64,000 bases of DNA from Opitutaceae bacterium (GTDB taxonomy: Bacteria > Verrucomicrobiota > Verrucomicrobiia > Opitutales > Coraliomargaritaceae), in the NCBI GenBank assembly GCA_051252375.1, contig JBPOFY010000001.1, positions 96,001 through 160,000 on the forward strand, in the 5' to 3' direction. Below the pieces are notes generated by a model. The model saw only the letters and a program-made list of their open reading frames with translations. It had not been told where the DNA came from and ran no database searches. Positions 29,542-39,381 of this stretch are shown here, piece after piece. The position numbers and the translations under genes are program-made. Every line of letters starts with the position of its first letter. The stretch's first letter is position 1.

Positions 29542-30531
29542 TTAATCGTCAAAACCGTCTGGATTGGCTTTATGCCAGCGCCAAGCGGTCTCGATAATGT
29601 CCTTCACCTCGGTAAACTTGATTTCCCAGCCTAATTCCTGCTGTGCCTTGCTTGAATCAGCATAGAGAGCTGGCGGATCGCCAGGGCGGCGCGCGTCTTC
29701 CACGACTGGGACTTTCAGCCCCGTCACAGCTTCAACAGCCTCGATGATCTCACGAACGGAGTTCGGGCGCCCTGTGCCCAAATTATAGAAATAGCCCACA
29801 CCAGCAGCATCCAACTTAGGGAATACGGCAATGTGCGCGCGGGAAAGGTCGTCCACATGGACGTAGTCGCGCAGGCAGGTGCCATCGGGAGTCGGATAGT
29901 CTGTGCCAAAAATCTTGATATTTTCACGGCGACCTGTGGCCGCATCGATGACCAAAGGAATAATGTGAGACTCAGGGTTATGGTCTTCGCCTATCGTGCC
30001 GTCTTCAGAGGCCCCTGCCGCATTGAAGTAGCGGAACGCGGCAAAACTCAAGCCGTAGGCATGCGCGAATGCTTTGAGGCAATTCTCCACATCGAGCTTG
30101 GTTTGACCGTATGGATTGATCGGTGCTTGCGGCAAAGTCTCTACGATTGGCAGGCTCTGCGGCTCACCGTAAGTCGCACAGGTCGAAGAAAAGACGAACT
30201 TTTTAACCCCATTGTCCAACATCGTCTCCAGCAGGCGGAGGGTCGCCACGAAGTTATTTTCGTAGTATTTACGCGGCTCGGTCACGGACTCACCGACATA
30301 TGCAAAAGCGGCGAAGTGCATCACCAGCTCGATCTTTTCATCTCGGAGAATCGGACCAACTGCCTCTGGATCACCCAGATCGACATCATAAAATGGGATT
30401 TCAGGGCTGACCGCACCACGGTGCCCAAAAACTAAATTGTCCAATACCACTGGCTTATGCCCCGCAGCTACTAGCTGACGCACACAATGGCTACCAATAT
30501 ATCCAGCTCCTCCAACAACTAATACGTTCAT
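29542..30531 (-). CDS. galE: UDP-glucose 4-epimerase
   Basis: GGAGYIGSH, HFAA..VGES, FSSTCATYG, PYGQTK, RYFNAAGA, DGTCLRDYVHV; start placed at ATG 30531. Confidence 0.95.
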   Translation of the reverse strand: MNVLVVGGAGYIGSHCVRQLVAAGHKPVVLDNLVFGHRGAVSPEIPFYDVDLGDPEAVGPILRDEKIELVMHFAAFAYVGESVTEPRKYYENNFVATLRLLETMLDNGVKKFVFSSTCATYGEPQSLPIVETLPQAPINPYGQTKLDVENCLKAFAHAYGLSFAAFRYFNAAGASEDGTIGEDHNPESHIIPLVIDAATGRRENIKIFGTDYPTPDGTCLRDYVHVDDLSRAHIAVFPKLDAAGVGYFYNLGTGRPNSVREIIEAVEAVTGLKVPVVEDARRPGDPPALYADSSKAQQELGWEIKFTEVKDIIETAWRWHKANPDGFDD

Positions 30532-30677
30532 CCTAGTAAACAAACCCCGGAAGATTGCCCTGTCCAAACCAAAAGAATAAATCGTAGAAATAATCTGAAA
30601 CATGGTTTGCGCCCCAGCTATGATTTTACACTATTGACAGGCTTACCTCTATACATGGTAAACCTACCCGCTTATTC

Positions 30678-31916
30678 ATGCATCAGTCGCGCATCGTTAT
30701 CACAGGCATTGGCCTGACCTCGCCGAATGGCAACACACTTGAGGAATACCGTAAGAATCTCCTCGAAGGGGTTGCGGGTATTCAAATGATCGAAATGCGC
30801 TATATGGGCAAAGTCCCTGCTGGCGTCTGCAACTACGATCCCAAGAAATACCAGACCCGCAAAGAACTGCGTGTCGGCACACGCGCCGGCAGCATTGCAA
30901 TTTACTCCGCTCGCGAAGCCGTCGCCAACAGCGGTCTGGACTTTGAGAATTTTGATAAGAGCCGAATCGGCGTCTATGTCGGCACCACTGAGCACGGTAA
31001 TGTCGAAACGGAAAACGAGGTCTACAACATCTCTAAGTTTGAATACGACACCCGTTTCTGGACACACCACCACAATCCTCGGACTGTGGCCAACAACCCC
31101 GCTGGTGAGATCACCATCAACATGGGGATCACCGGACCACACTACACCATCGGTGCCGCTTGCGCTGCTGGTAATGCCGGGCTGATACAAGCGCTGCAAA
31201 TGCTTCGCCTTGGCGAAGTCGATGTCGCGCTCGCCGGCGGTGTCAGCGAAAGCATCCAATCCTTTGGTATCTTCGCGGGATTCAAAAGCCAAGGCGCACT
31301 CGGCACGCACGAAACCGACATCAATAAGACCAGCCGCCCCTTTGACAAAACCCGCAACGGGATCGTCGTTTCCGAGGGCGGTGCTATTTATGTGCTCGAA
31401 CGCCTCGAAGACGCACAAGCCCGCGGCGCCAACATCATTGCGGAAATCGTCGGTTACCGCATCAACTCCGACGCGGGTGACTACGTCCTTCCGGACCCCG
31501 TTCGTCAGACCGAGTGTATGCGTGCCGCCCTTAAAGTCGCAGGCATGACTCCCGAAGACGTCGATATCGTCAACACCCATGCCACGTCGACACCGATGGG
31601 CGACATTCAAGAGTGTAAGGCGATCAGAGAAGTCTTTGGCGACAGTCCGACGACTTACATCAACAACACGAAAAGCTTTATCGGTCACGCCATGGGTGCC
31701 GCCGGCGCCCTCGAACTGGCAGGCAATCTCCCCTCTTTCAAGGACAACATCATCCACCCTACCATCAACGTCGAAGAGCTTGACCCCGAGTGCGCACTAC
31801 GAAATCTCGTCATAAACAAGCCTCTCAAGGTTGACGCGGTCAAAGTTATCCTCAACAACTCTTTCGGAATGCTAGGCATCAACTCCGCGCTTATCGTCAA
31901 GAAGTTCGAAGACTAG
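30678..31916 (+). CDS. Beta-ketoacyl-ACP synthase (FabF-like)
   Basis: GAACAAG (Cys), NTHATST (His), KSFIGHAMGAAG (His), NNSFGMLG. Confidence 0.93.
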   Translation: MHQSRIVITGIGLTSPNGNTLEEYRKNLLEGVAGIQMIEMRYMGKVPAGVCNYDPKKYQTRKELRVGTRAGSIAIYSAREAVANSGLDFENFDKSRIGVYVGTTEHGNVETENEVYNISKFEYDTRFWTHHHNPRTVANNPAGEITINMGITGPHYTIGAACAAGNAGLIQALQMLRLGEVDVALAGGVSESIQSFGIFAGFKSQGALGTHETDINKTSRPFDKTRNGIVVSEGGAIYVLERLEDAQARGANIIAEIVGYRINSDAGDYVLPDPVRQTECMRAALKVAGMTPEDVDIVNTHATSTPMGDIQECKAIREVFGDSPTTYINNTKSFIGHAMGAAGALELAGNLPSFKDNIIHPTINVEELDPECALRNLVINKPLKVDAVKVILNNSFGMLGINSALIVKKFED

Positions 31917-31925
31917 ACACTCTTA

Positions 31926-31953
31926 TTATCCATTAGCCCTTAGCTATCAGCTA
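31926..31953 (+). repeat. 7-bp periodic tandem array
   Basis: TTATCCA TTAGCCC TTAGCTA TCAGCTA, ending 8 nt before the ACP ATG. Confidence 0.6.
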
Positions 31954-31961
31954 TTCTTAAT

Positions 31962-32210
31962 ATGACAGAAGACCAAGTAAAACAAATCGTCATCGACATC
32001 ATCGATGAAATCGCACCCGACGAAGACACTTCCAACATCAAGCCCGAGGTGAATCTTCGCGATCAAATGGACCTCGATTCCATGGATTTCCTCGACATCG
32101 TGATGGAGTTGCGCAAACAGCATAACATCGAAGTGCCAGAGGAAGATTATCCAAAGCTAGCTTCTCTCGACAGTTGCGCCGAATACTTGACTCCCAAGTT
32201 CAACGCTTAA
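31962..32210 (+). CDS. Acyl carrier protein
   Basis: LDSMDFLDIV motif, acidic 82 aa. Confidence 0.93.
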   Translation: MTEDQVKQIVIDIIDEIAPDEDTSNIKPEVNLRDQMDLDSMDFLDIVMELRKQHNIEVPEEDYPKLASLDSCAEYLTPKFNA

Positions 32211-32238
32211 TTTTCAGTGGCACCCGCCGCACACACAC

Positions 32239-32261
32239 GTAGCACAGGCATCCTGCCTGTG
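32239..32261 (+). repeat. REP-like hairpin (GTAG type)
   Basis: GTAG-CACAGGCA-TCC-TGCCTGTG, perfect 8-bp stem. Confidence 0.75.
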
Positions 32262-32299
32262 TTTCGTTGTATCTGGAGCAGTCAAACCACACAACCGCG

Positions 32300-33811
32300 A
32301 TGAAACCCAACGAGCTCGACAATCAACACTTCGAAACCGTGATCATCGGCGCGGGCATGGCTGGGCTCGCAGCGGGCATACGCCTCGCGCTCGCAGGTAA
32401 GAACGTCATCATACTGGAGCGGCACAACGCTTCCGGCGGGCTCAACTCCTTTTACAGCCAAGCAGGCCGCAAGTTCGACGTCGGTCTGCACGCCATGACG
32501 AACTATGTCCCCAAGGGCACGAAAGGCACGCCCCTCACCAAGCTGCTACGCCAACTTCGCATCCCATACGATGCGCTCGACCTCTGCCCGCAGAACGGCT
32601 CACGCATCGCCTTTCCCGGCTGCGACCTTGGCTTCACCAACGACTTCAGCTTCTTCGAAAGCGAAGTCGCCCGTGCCTTCCCAAAACAAATCGATAGCTT
32701 TCGCGCCCTCGCTGAAGAAGTCCGCACACTCGACGCCTTCAACCTCGGCGCGATCCCGACCTCTGCTCGCGAAGCGGTGCAGCGCCACATTAGCGATCCG
32801 CTCCTAGAAGACATGATCTTCTGCCCCGTCATGTATTACGGCAGTGCTGAAGAGCACGACATGGACTACGGCCAATTCGCGATCATGTTTCGATCCCTGT
32901 TCTTCGAAGGCTTTGCCCGCCCACTCGACGGCGTGCGCGTGATCATCAAACTCCTTCAGGATAAATACCGCTCCCTCGGCGGCATCCGCAAAATGAAGTG
33001 CGGTATTCAAAAAATCCATACATCCGGCGGCAAAGCGTCTGCCATCGAGCTGGATAACGGCGCCACCATCACCGCTGACAAAATCATTTCCACCGCCGGA
33101 GCCGTCGAAACCGCCCGTCTCTGCGAAGATCAACCCGCCGACGCTGCAGCGGACAACATAGGTCAGCTCAGTTTCACCGAAACCATCACCGCTTTCGACC
33201 AACAACCTGCGGACTTCGGCTGGAACGACACCATCATCTTTTTCAATACCGCTGAGCGCTTTCGCTATGCCCGCGTTGATGATGCACTCGTCGACCCGAC
33301 CAGCGGCGTGATTTGTTTCCCGAACAATTACCAATACGGCGAAGGCCGCCAACTCGATGAAGGCTTCCTCCGCGTCACAGCGATGGCCAACCACGACAAA
33401 TGGTGCGCCCTCAATGAAGACGACTATCTCGCCCAGAAAGCCTACTGGTATGACGAACTACAGAAGGTCACCCTAGGTCTACTGCCGCACCCTAAGGGTA
33501 GGAACGCCCGCCCTCAGGCGTCCGCAACAAACGACGGACGGCTAGAGGCAGCCGTCCCTACCCTGCAATCTGCAATAGATATCATTGCACAACATCGAAT
33601 CGCCAGCGACATGTTCACCCCACGCACAGTGCGTAAGTATACAGGGCACCTAAACGGTGCGATTTATGGCGCTCCCAATAAAATTAAAGACGGTCGCACG
33701 CATTTGGATAACCTCTACCTTGCCGGCACGGACCAAGGGTTCCTTGGCATCGTTGGCGCCATGCTCAGCGGCATCTCGATGGCCAACTTGCACGTGTTGC
33801 AGGGCGACTAG
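32300..33811 (+). CDS. Phytoene desaturase-like FAD-dependent oxidoreductase
   Basis: IIGAGMAGL...ILERH..SGG, FDVGLH, FTPRT..KYTGH.NGAIYG, NLYLAGTDQG..GIVGAMLSG; start placed at ATG 32300. Confidence 0.88.
   Translation: MKPNELDNQHFETVIIGAGMAGLAAGIRLALAGKNVIILERHNASGGLNSFYSQAGRKFDVGLHAMTNYVPKGTKGTPLTKLLRQLRIPYDALDLCPQNGSRIAFPGCDLGFTNDFSFFESEVARAFPKQIDSFRALAEEVRTLDAFNLGAIPTSAREAVQRHISDPLLEDMIFCPVMYYGSAEEHDMDYGQFAIMFRSLFFEGFARPLDGVRVIIKLLQDKYRSLGGIRKMKCGIQKIHTSGGKASAIELDNGATITADKIISTAGAVETARLCEDQPADAAADNIGQLSFTETITAFDQQPADFGWNDTIIFFNTAERFRYARVDDALVDPTSGVICFPNNYQYGEGRQLDEGFLRVTAMANHDKWCALNEDDYLAQKAYWYDELQKVTLGLLPHPKGRNARPQASATNDGRLEAAVPTLQSAIDIIAQHRIASDMFTPRTVRKYTGHLNGAIYGAPNKIKDGRTHLDNLYLAGTDQGFLGIVGAMLSGISMANLHVLQGD
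33495..33564. repeat. REP doublet located in frame within a CDS
   Basis: AGGGTAG-GAACGCC..GGCGTCC ... GGACGGCT-AGAGGC-AGCCGTCC-CTACCCT. Confidence 0.8.
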
Positions 33812-33892
33812 AGCCTGCTGGCAGATACCTGACTGGTATTATTCGGTCTTCTGTATTTGACCAATCTGGGTTCGCGCGCTTATTGCTGCCAC

Positions 33893-34309
33893 ATGACACA
33901 AGCACCCATTTCCGCCTATCAAGCAACTCAAGGCATGCTCTACTTCGCGCGCATGCTGGATAAGATCCGCAAGCATACTAAAGACAACTTGCGTGAGGAT
34001 TTCCATGGACACCTCGGCGTAGGTTTGGACGGACGCTGCTGCAGCTTTCTACGAGTCGACTACAAGAAATTGACCGAGGAAACACTGAAAGGAGGCAGCG
34101 ACGAATCGCTACTTGAGTGGTGCTACGAGAATGGTCGCAGACTCGATGAAAACGACATTCTAATTTGGAACCACTTCCTCACCAAACTGGGCTGGAACGA
34201 TCACGTAACCGATTTAGTCACAGAACGTAAAGCGGAGAGCGGTCTATCAGACCGCAACGACATCGTCACGATGGTCGAATACTTCGAATACGACGAAGGC
34301 CGTAAATAA
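33893..34309 (+). CDS. DUF5069 family protein
   Basis: GMLYFARMLDKIR, DGRCCSFL.V.Y, C-terminal DEGR; start placed at ATG 33893. Confidence 0.8.
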   Translation: MTQAPISAYQATQGMLYFARMLDKIRKHTKDNLREDFHGHLGVGLDGRCCSFLRVDYKKLTEETLKGGSDESLLEWCYENGRRLDENDILIWNHFLTKLGWNDHVTDLVTERKAESGLSDRNDIVTMVEYFEYDEGRK

Positions 34310-34310
34310 A

Positions 34311-34649
34311 TCAGCCTGGAGGCCAAGATAGCGAACGCCCTCCTAACACATGCACGTGCATGTGGGGCACGGTTTCGCCACCGTCTTCTCCATTGTTGAT
34401 CACTGCGCGAAAGCCACCCTCTAGATTGAGCTTCTTTGCTACGACGGCGGCCGTGAGCAAGAGATGACCGAGCGTAGCTTGATCTGCGTCAGTCGCTTCG
34501 GCCACACGCGGAATAACTTTCTTTGGGATGACCAAAAAATGAGTCGGCGCTTGCGGGTCGATATCGTGGATGACGATGCAATGCTCGTCTTCGTGCTCGA
34601 TCTTCGCTGGGATTTCCCGAGCGATGATTTTTTCGAAGAGCGTAGACAT
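34311..34649 (-). CDS. Histidine triad (HIT) nucleotide-binding protein
   Basis: TLFEKII..EIP, DIDPQAPTH, HMHVHVLGG; start placed at ATG 34649. Confidence 0.94.
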   Translation of the reverse strand: MSTLFEKIIAREIPAKIEHEDEHCIVIHDIDPQAPTHFLVIPKKVIPRVAEATDADQATLGHLLLTAAVVAKKLNLEGGFRAVINNGEDGGETVPHMHVHVLGGRSLSWPPG

Positions 34650-34656
34650 ACTTGGA

Positions 34657-35136
34657 CTACGGGTTCTGGGATTTGAAGTGATCGACGAACTCAGCCATGA
34701 GCTCACGGAGCTCGGCTTTGATACCATCAATCTCATTGCTGCTACCGCCATGGCTGCCGGAGCGGCGCAATTCAAATGTAGTCGCGATGGTCTTTTCCTT
34801 ATTACGATCAATCGTGACAAAGTCTTTAACCCGCAGGACGAGCGTGTAGTCAGTTGCGCCGTTACCAGAAGTATCGACAGACAATTCAACCAGAGGAACA
34901 TTCGTCATCGGCTGATTCGCAATCAGAGGGCGCAACATGATGCCTCCTCGACGCAGTTGCAGCTCCATGATATCTGTTAAATCCAAACGCTCAGCCAATT
35001 TAACATCGGAGGCTAAGCCGGTATCCACATTCATATAGAGGAAATTGATGCCTTTTAGATGGCTAACATTGTCAGCTGCAGTGGAGGCCAGCTGAAATAG
35101 AACAAGGAATGGAAGAATGAAGAATATTGGGCGCAT
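34657..35136 (-). CDS. Hypothetical secreted protein
   Basis: Signal peptide MRPIFFILPFLVLFQLASTAA; 159 aa. Confidence 0.7.
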   Translation of the reverse strand: MRPIFFILPFLVLFQLASTAADNVSHLKGINFLYMNVDTGLASDVKLAERLDLTDIMELQLRRGGIMLRPLIANQPMTNVPLVELSVDTSGNGATDYTLVLRVKDFVTIDRNKEKTIATTFELRRSGSHGGSSNEIDGIKAELRELMAEFVDHFKSQNP

Positions 35137-35364
35137 ACTTTTCTAATGGTTGATGTGAAACTTTGAGGTTACACGATTGCTTCTAATCGCAAGCGCTAGA
35201 CTACTTAAGCACTGATCTATAACAAGTCCGAAAGCGTGGTAACACATTAATCGCTCAAATGCTAATAGCAGACTTAAGGAGAACAGTATGCCCCTAAGGA
35301 GCAGATAAACAGTTGCCCGGAACTCGCTAACGTAAATAAAACAGGTCTACTCGCACTTAAAAAG

Positions 35365-35841
35365 TTATAAAACCACCACTTGCAGCTGCGCACCTCGCGT
35401 GACCCAAGCACACGCGAGGTCGTCCACCCAAGTGCGAACTCGGTCATATTGAGCCTGGCGTTTTTTGGTCCAATAACTGCCCTCAGGGCAAACCGTTTCA
35501 CGCAGGCCAGTGACGAGGAGGAGCGACTGGCGGCGACCCGCCAGTTTTTTCATTTCAGTGACGATCGCTTGGCGGATCCAAAGCGGGCTAAAGTCTTCCA
35601 AGGTGGGCACATGCCAGTGCGCAAAAGCGAGCTCGCTGGTAGCCTCATCGCCGAGGTGCAGCTTGGCTAACTTATCAGCACAATCGCGCAAGCAGAGCTT
35701 GATGTCATGGTCAACTTCTTCGCGGCTGAAAAACTCTAATGCGCGTCGTGCATTTTCGGCGCGTTCGGGATCGGAAGCACTGGCGCGAGCCAACACTTCA
35801 TTGAGTGTCCGCAACTGATCGACGGGATCACTTTTTACCAT
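35365..35841 (-). CDS. Hypothetical protein overlapping the nrdR 3' end
   Basis: 158-aa ORF, 14-nt overlap with nrdR. Confidence 0.65.
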   Translation of the reverse strand: MVKSDPVDQLRTLNEVLARASASDPERAENARRALEFFSREEVDHDIKLCLRDCADKLAKLHLGDEATSELAFAHWHVPTLEDFSPLWIRQAIVTEMKKLAGRRQSLLLVTGLRETVCPEGSYWTKKRQAQYDRVRTWVDDLACAWVTRGAQLQVVVL

Positions 35842-36298
35842 TTTCGGTCGATGCTTTTAGATCGAGTATTTCCTGCGCGAGCTCACCGAGATCGCGGAAG
35901 TCTTTATAAACAGATGCGTATCGAACGTAGGCGATTTGATCGAGGTGCTTGAGTCGCAGCATGATTTGCTCGCCGACCGCCTGAGAGGGAATCTCATGGT
36001 CGTATTCCTTTTCCAATGAGGCCAAGACATCTGCTATCAGCATCTCGATCTGCATAACATCAATTGGGCGTTTTTCGACGGCTTTCTTCAAACCGCCGAG
36101 CATCTTACTACGATCGAAATCTTCGCGGCGACCATCGCGTTTGACCACTTGAAGATCCGCACGAAGCACTTCTTCGATTGTGGTGAAGCGATATTCGCAG
36201 TCGAGGCATTCACGGCGACGGCGAATCGAGGTTTCGTTTTTACCAGTTCGTGTGTCGAGAACCTTGGTCTCTAGGGAAGTGCATTTAGGGCAACGCAT
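35828..36298 (-). CDS. nrdR: Transcriptional repressor NrdR
   Basis: MRCPKC...IRRRREC..C..RFTT.E zinc ribbon, ATP-cone [18 protein letters not shown]. Confidence 0.97.
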   Translation of the reverse strand: MRCPKCTSLETKVLDTRTGKNETSIRRRRECLDCEYRFTTIEEVLRADLQVVKRDGRREDFDRSKMLGGLKKAVEKRPIDVMQIEMLIADVLASLEKEYDHEIPSQAVGEQIMLRLKHLDQIAYVRYASVYKDFRDLGELAQEILDLKASTENGKK

Positions 36299-36311
36299 GT
36301 TTGTTCGGGAG

Positions 36312-36875
36312 TTACAATTTAAGGAAGTTTTCGAGCATCTTCATGCCGTCTTGAGTGGCCAGCGACTCAGGGTGAAATTGAACGCCCCAGACTGGGAGAT
36401 CTTTATGGGCGAGACCCATGATCTCCCCCTCTTCAGTTTCGGCGGTTATTTCGAGGCAATCCGGCAAGGTGGCGCGCTCAACTAGAAGCGAGTGGTAGCG
36501 AGTGGCTTCCATCGGGTTGGGCATGCCCTTAAAGATATCGGTGTCGCGGTGCTTCACTGGTGATGTTTTACCATGCATGAGCCGATCCGCACGGACGATC
36601 TTACCGCCGAAGTGTTGCCCAATGCTTTGATGCCCGAGGCATACGCCGAGCAGGGGTTTCTTCCCCGCAAAGGCTGCAATCATTTCTAGACTCACGCCAG
36701 CCTCGTTCGGCGAACATGGTCCAGGAGAAATCATGACGCGGTCAGGATTGAGCTCAAGGGCTTCCTCAACCGTGATCGCGTTGTTGCGATAGACCTGTTG
36801 CTCCACTCCAAGCTGTCCAAAATATTGAACCAGATTGTAGGTGAAAGAGTCGAAATTATCGATGACTAGCAGCAT
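36312..36875 (-). CDS. trpG: Anthranilate/aminodeoxychorismate synthase component II (glutamine amidotransferase)
   Basis: [35 protein letters not shown]; could equally be pabA. Confidence 0.9.
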   Translation of the reverse strand: MLLVIDNFDSFTYNLVQYFGQLGVEQQVYRNNAITVEEALELNPDRVMISPGPCSPNEAGVSLEMIAAFAGKKPLLGVCLGHQSIGQHFGGKIVRADRLMHGKTSPVKHRDTDIFKGMPNPMEATRYHSLLVERATLPDCLEITAETEEGEIMGLAHKDLPVWGVQFHPESLATQDGMKMLENFLKL

Positions 36876-36884
36876 GGAATTAAA

Positions 36885-36979
36885 TGGCTAATTGCTAATG
36901 AATTATGGCTAAGAACACACACCCAACATTGAACGTCGATGTATATTTCAGTTTTCAGATTTTTAGATTTTCAGCATTT
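36885..36979 (-). repeat. Composite 8-bp and 7-bp periodic arrays at the trpB-trpG junction
   Basis: Minus strand GCTGAAAA TCTAAAAA TCTGAAAA CTGAAA across the trpB stop, then TTAGCCA TAATTCA TTAGCAA TTAGCCA ending 9 nt before the trpG ATG. Confidence 0.65.
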
Positions 36980-38193
36980 CCCAAGACCCGTGCGGCTTCT
37001 TGGACGTCTTTATCGCCACGACCACTGAGGTTGCCGATAATGATTTGATCGGAGGACATTTCACGGGCGCGCTTCATAGTGTAAGCGAGGCCGTGTGATG
37101 ATTCTAATGCGGGGACGATGCCTTCGATCGCGCAAAGAGCCTTAAACGCATCGAGCGCTTCGGCGTCGGTGGCATAACCAAAGTCGATACGCCCGGCGTC
37201 TTTATAATACGCGTGCTCTGGTCCGACTGCAGCGTAATCGAGACCGGCAGATACGGAGTGCGTGAGGTCGATTTGACCGTCTTCGTTTTGCAAGATCCAA
37301 GTCTTCGCGCCTTGAAGAACACCGAGCTTGCCGCCTTCAAAACGTGCAGCGTGATGCCCACGCTTGATTTCGCGGCCTCCGGCTTCGACACCAGTGAGGT
37401 TGACTTCGAGGTCTTTCAAAAAGGCAAAGAAAATACCGATCGCATTCGAACCACCACCGACACAGGCAGCAACTTCGTCGGGCAAGCGACCTTCTTTTTC
37501 TATAATCTGACGGCGACATTCTTCGCCAATGACACGATGGAAATCACGCACCATCATCGGGAACGGATGCGAACCGAGCGCAGAACCAATGATGTAGTGC
37601 GTGGTGCGCACGTTGGTGACCCAGTCGCGCATGGCTTCGTTGACAGCTTCTTTGAGCGTGCGTTGACCCGCAGTGACGGCACGCACTTCGGCGCCACAGA
37701 GACGCATACGATAAACGTTCAGTGCCTGGCGACGCATATCCTCTTCGCCCATGTAAATAACACACTCGAAGCCCATCTTGGCACACATCGCAGCAGTCGC
37801 GATGCCGTGCTGCCCCGCTCCGGTCTCGGCAATGATGCGATTCTTGCCCATGCGCTTGGCGAGCAAGGCTTGACCGAGGGCGTTGTTGATTTTGTGCGCT
37901 CCGGTGTGGAGCAAGTCTTCGCGCTTGAGGTAGATTTTAGCTCCGCCGCAGTGCTCAGTCAGGCGATCTGCGAAATAGAGATTGGTCGGGCGTCCAGCAA
38001 ATTCACGTAACTGGAAATCGAGCTCTTTGAGAAACTCAGGGTCTTTTCGGGCAGCATGATAGGCCTCTGTCAGCTCGAAGAGCGGGGTCATCAAAGTTTC
38101 CGGCACATACATGCCACCATAAGGGCCGAAGTGACCACGCTCGTCAGGTAAATTGACGGGATCGACTTCAAGTGCTGGTTTTGCGGATTGCAT
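36955..38193 (-). CDS. trpB: Tryptophan synthase beta chain
   Basis: [48 protein letters not shown]; start placed at ATG 38193. Confidence 0.97.
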   Translation of the reverse strand: MQSAKPALEVDPVNLPDERGHFGPYGGMYVPETLMTPLFELTEAYHAARKDPEFLKELDFQLREFAGRPTNLYFADRLTEHCGGAKIYLKREDLLHTGAHKINNALGQALLAKRMGKNRIIAETGAGQHGIATAAMCAKMGFECVIYMGEEDMRRQALNVYRMRLCGAEVRAVTAGQRTLKEAVNEAMRDWVTNVRTTHYIIGSALGSHPFPMMVRDFHRVIGEECRRQIIEKEGRLPDEVAACVGGGSNAIGIFFAFLKDLEVNLTGVEAGGREIKRGHHAARFEGGKLGVLQGAKTWILQNEDGQIDLTHSVSAGLDYAAVGPEHAYYKDAGRIDFGYATDAEALDAFKALCAIEGIVPALESSHGLAYTMKRAREMSSDQIIIGNLSGRGDKDVQEAARVLGNAENLKI

Positions 38194-38273
38194 AGGTAGA
38201 ATACGGTTGCGTGTGACTGGCTTTGTCAAGCTGGCAGTCCTTTTGGCTGGCGCCTTAGATCACACTCTAAAAA

Positions 38274-39020
38274 TCAGGATAAGCGCGCTTCGAACGCAGC
38301 GATGTCTTCTGGCGTATCGATGCCAATGGTCGGCTGGTCGGTGATACCGACATGGATCCGGTAGCCGTGCTCCATGGCGCGGAGTTGCTCGAGCTTTTCG
38401 ATATTTTCCAAAAATCCGGGTTCTAAGGTCGAAAAAGCACTGAGGAAATCGGCTTTGTAGGCGTAGAGCCCAAGATGACGGTAACACTGATGAGCGGACA
38501 ACCAATCAGCATCGACCTCCCCCGCCTGATCTCGCGCATAAGGGATCGGTGAGCGTGAGAAATACAAGGCATAGTCAAAGCGGTCGCGCACGACTTTGAC
38601 TTGATTGGGATTCGCAAAGTCTTCGGCTCGGTCAAACGGAATAGCGAGGGTGGACATCGCGGCCTCCCCTTCGAGCCCTTTGGCGAGGGCACGGATCTGC
38701 TCGCCGGTCACGAGGGGCTCATCGCCCTGCACGTTGATGACGGAAGGCGCACCGACAATCGCATTGGCCTCGGCCAAGCGGTCGGTGCCACTTGGATGAT
38801 CGGGCCGAGTGCGAACCACGGCAAAACCTGCCGCATCAAGGCACTGCTCAAGTGCATCGTCATCCACTGCAAAATACAGCGGAAACTCTGGTGCCACCGC
38901 GCGGATACGCTCAGCAGTCCAGAGTATGATCGGCTTGCCACGAACGCAGTGCAGTAGCTTTTGCGGGAACCGAGTCGATGCCAGTCTGGCAGGAACAATA
39001 ATGGAGGGGGTCTTTGACAT
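38274..39020 (-). CDS. kdsB: 3-deoxy-manno-octulosonate cytidylyltransferase
   Basis: [40 protein letters not shown]; start placed at ATG 39020. Confidence 0.95.
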   Translation of the reverse strand: MSKTPSIIVPARLASTRFPQKLLHCVRGKPIILWTAERIRAVAPEFPLYFAVDDDALEQCLDAAGFAVVRTRPDHPSGTDRLAEANAIVGAPSVINVQGDEPLVTGEQIRALAKGLEGEAAMSTLAIPFDRAEDFANPNQVKVVRDRFDYALYFSRSPIPYARDQAGEVDADWLSAHQCYRHLGLYAYKADFLSAFSTLEPGFLENIEKLEQLRAMEHGYRIHVGITDQPTIGIDTPEDIAAFEARLS

Positions 39021-39050
39021 TTGATCGACAATCATCATCAAAGATCAGCA

Positions 39051-39371
39051 ATGAACAAGGAAATCAGTGCCTCAGAAGCCGCAATTTTACGTGAAAACGA
39101 CCCCGAAGTGGTTTTTCTAGATGTCAGGGAAGACTCCGAGCTGGAGATTTGCCGGATTGAGGGCGCACTACACATCCCGATGGGACTCATCCCGGAACGC
39201 ATTGAAGCACTGCCTAAAGATGGCAAACTCGTTGTCCTCTGCCACCACGGCATGCGCAGCCTCAATGTTGTTCAATACCTAGAAGCCAGAGGCCACACGA
39301 ATGCGATCAATATGAGTGGCGGCATTCACGCTTGGTCGGTTGATGTCGATCCGGGGTTACGCTGCTACTAA
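39051..39371 (+). CDS. Rhodanese-like protein
   Basis: LDVRE, CHHGMRS, GGIHAW; start placed at ATG 39051. Confidence 0.9.
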   Translation: MNKEISASEAAILRENDPEVVFLDVREDSELEICRIEGALHIPMGLIPERIEALPKDGKLVVLCHHGMRSLNVVQYLEARGHTNAINMSGGIHAWSVDVDPGLRCY

Positions 39372-39381
39372 TGCAGCACCT

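Noticed and set aside
30672..31757. 361-aa ORF antisense to fabF
   Set aside because: Shadow ORF of a well-supported gene, expected from codon bias; no motifs.
37213..38010. 265-aa ORF antisense to trpB and similar short overlapping ORFs throughout the track
   Set aside because: Fully overlap confident genes and show no family motifs.
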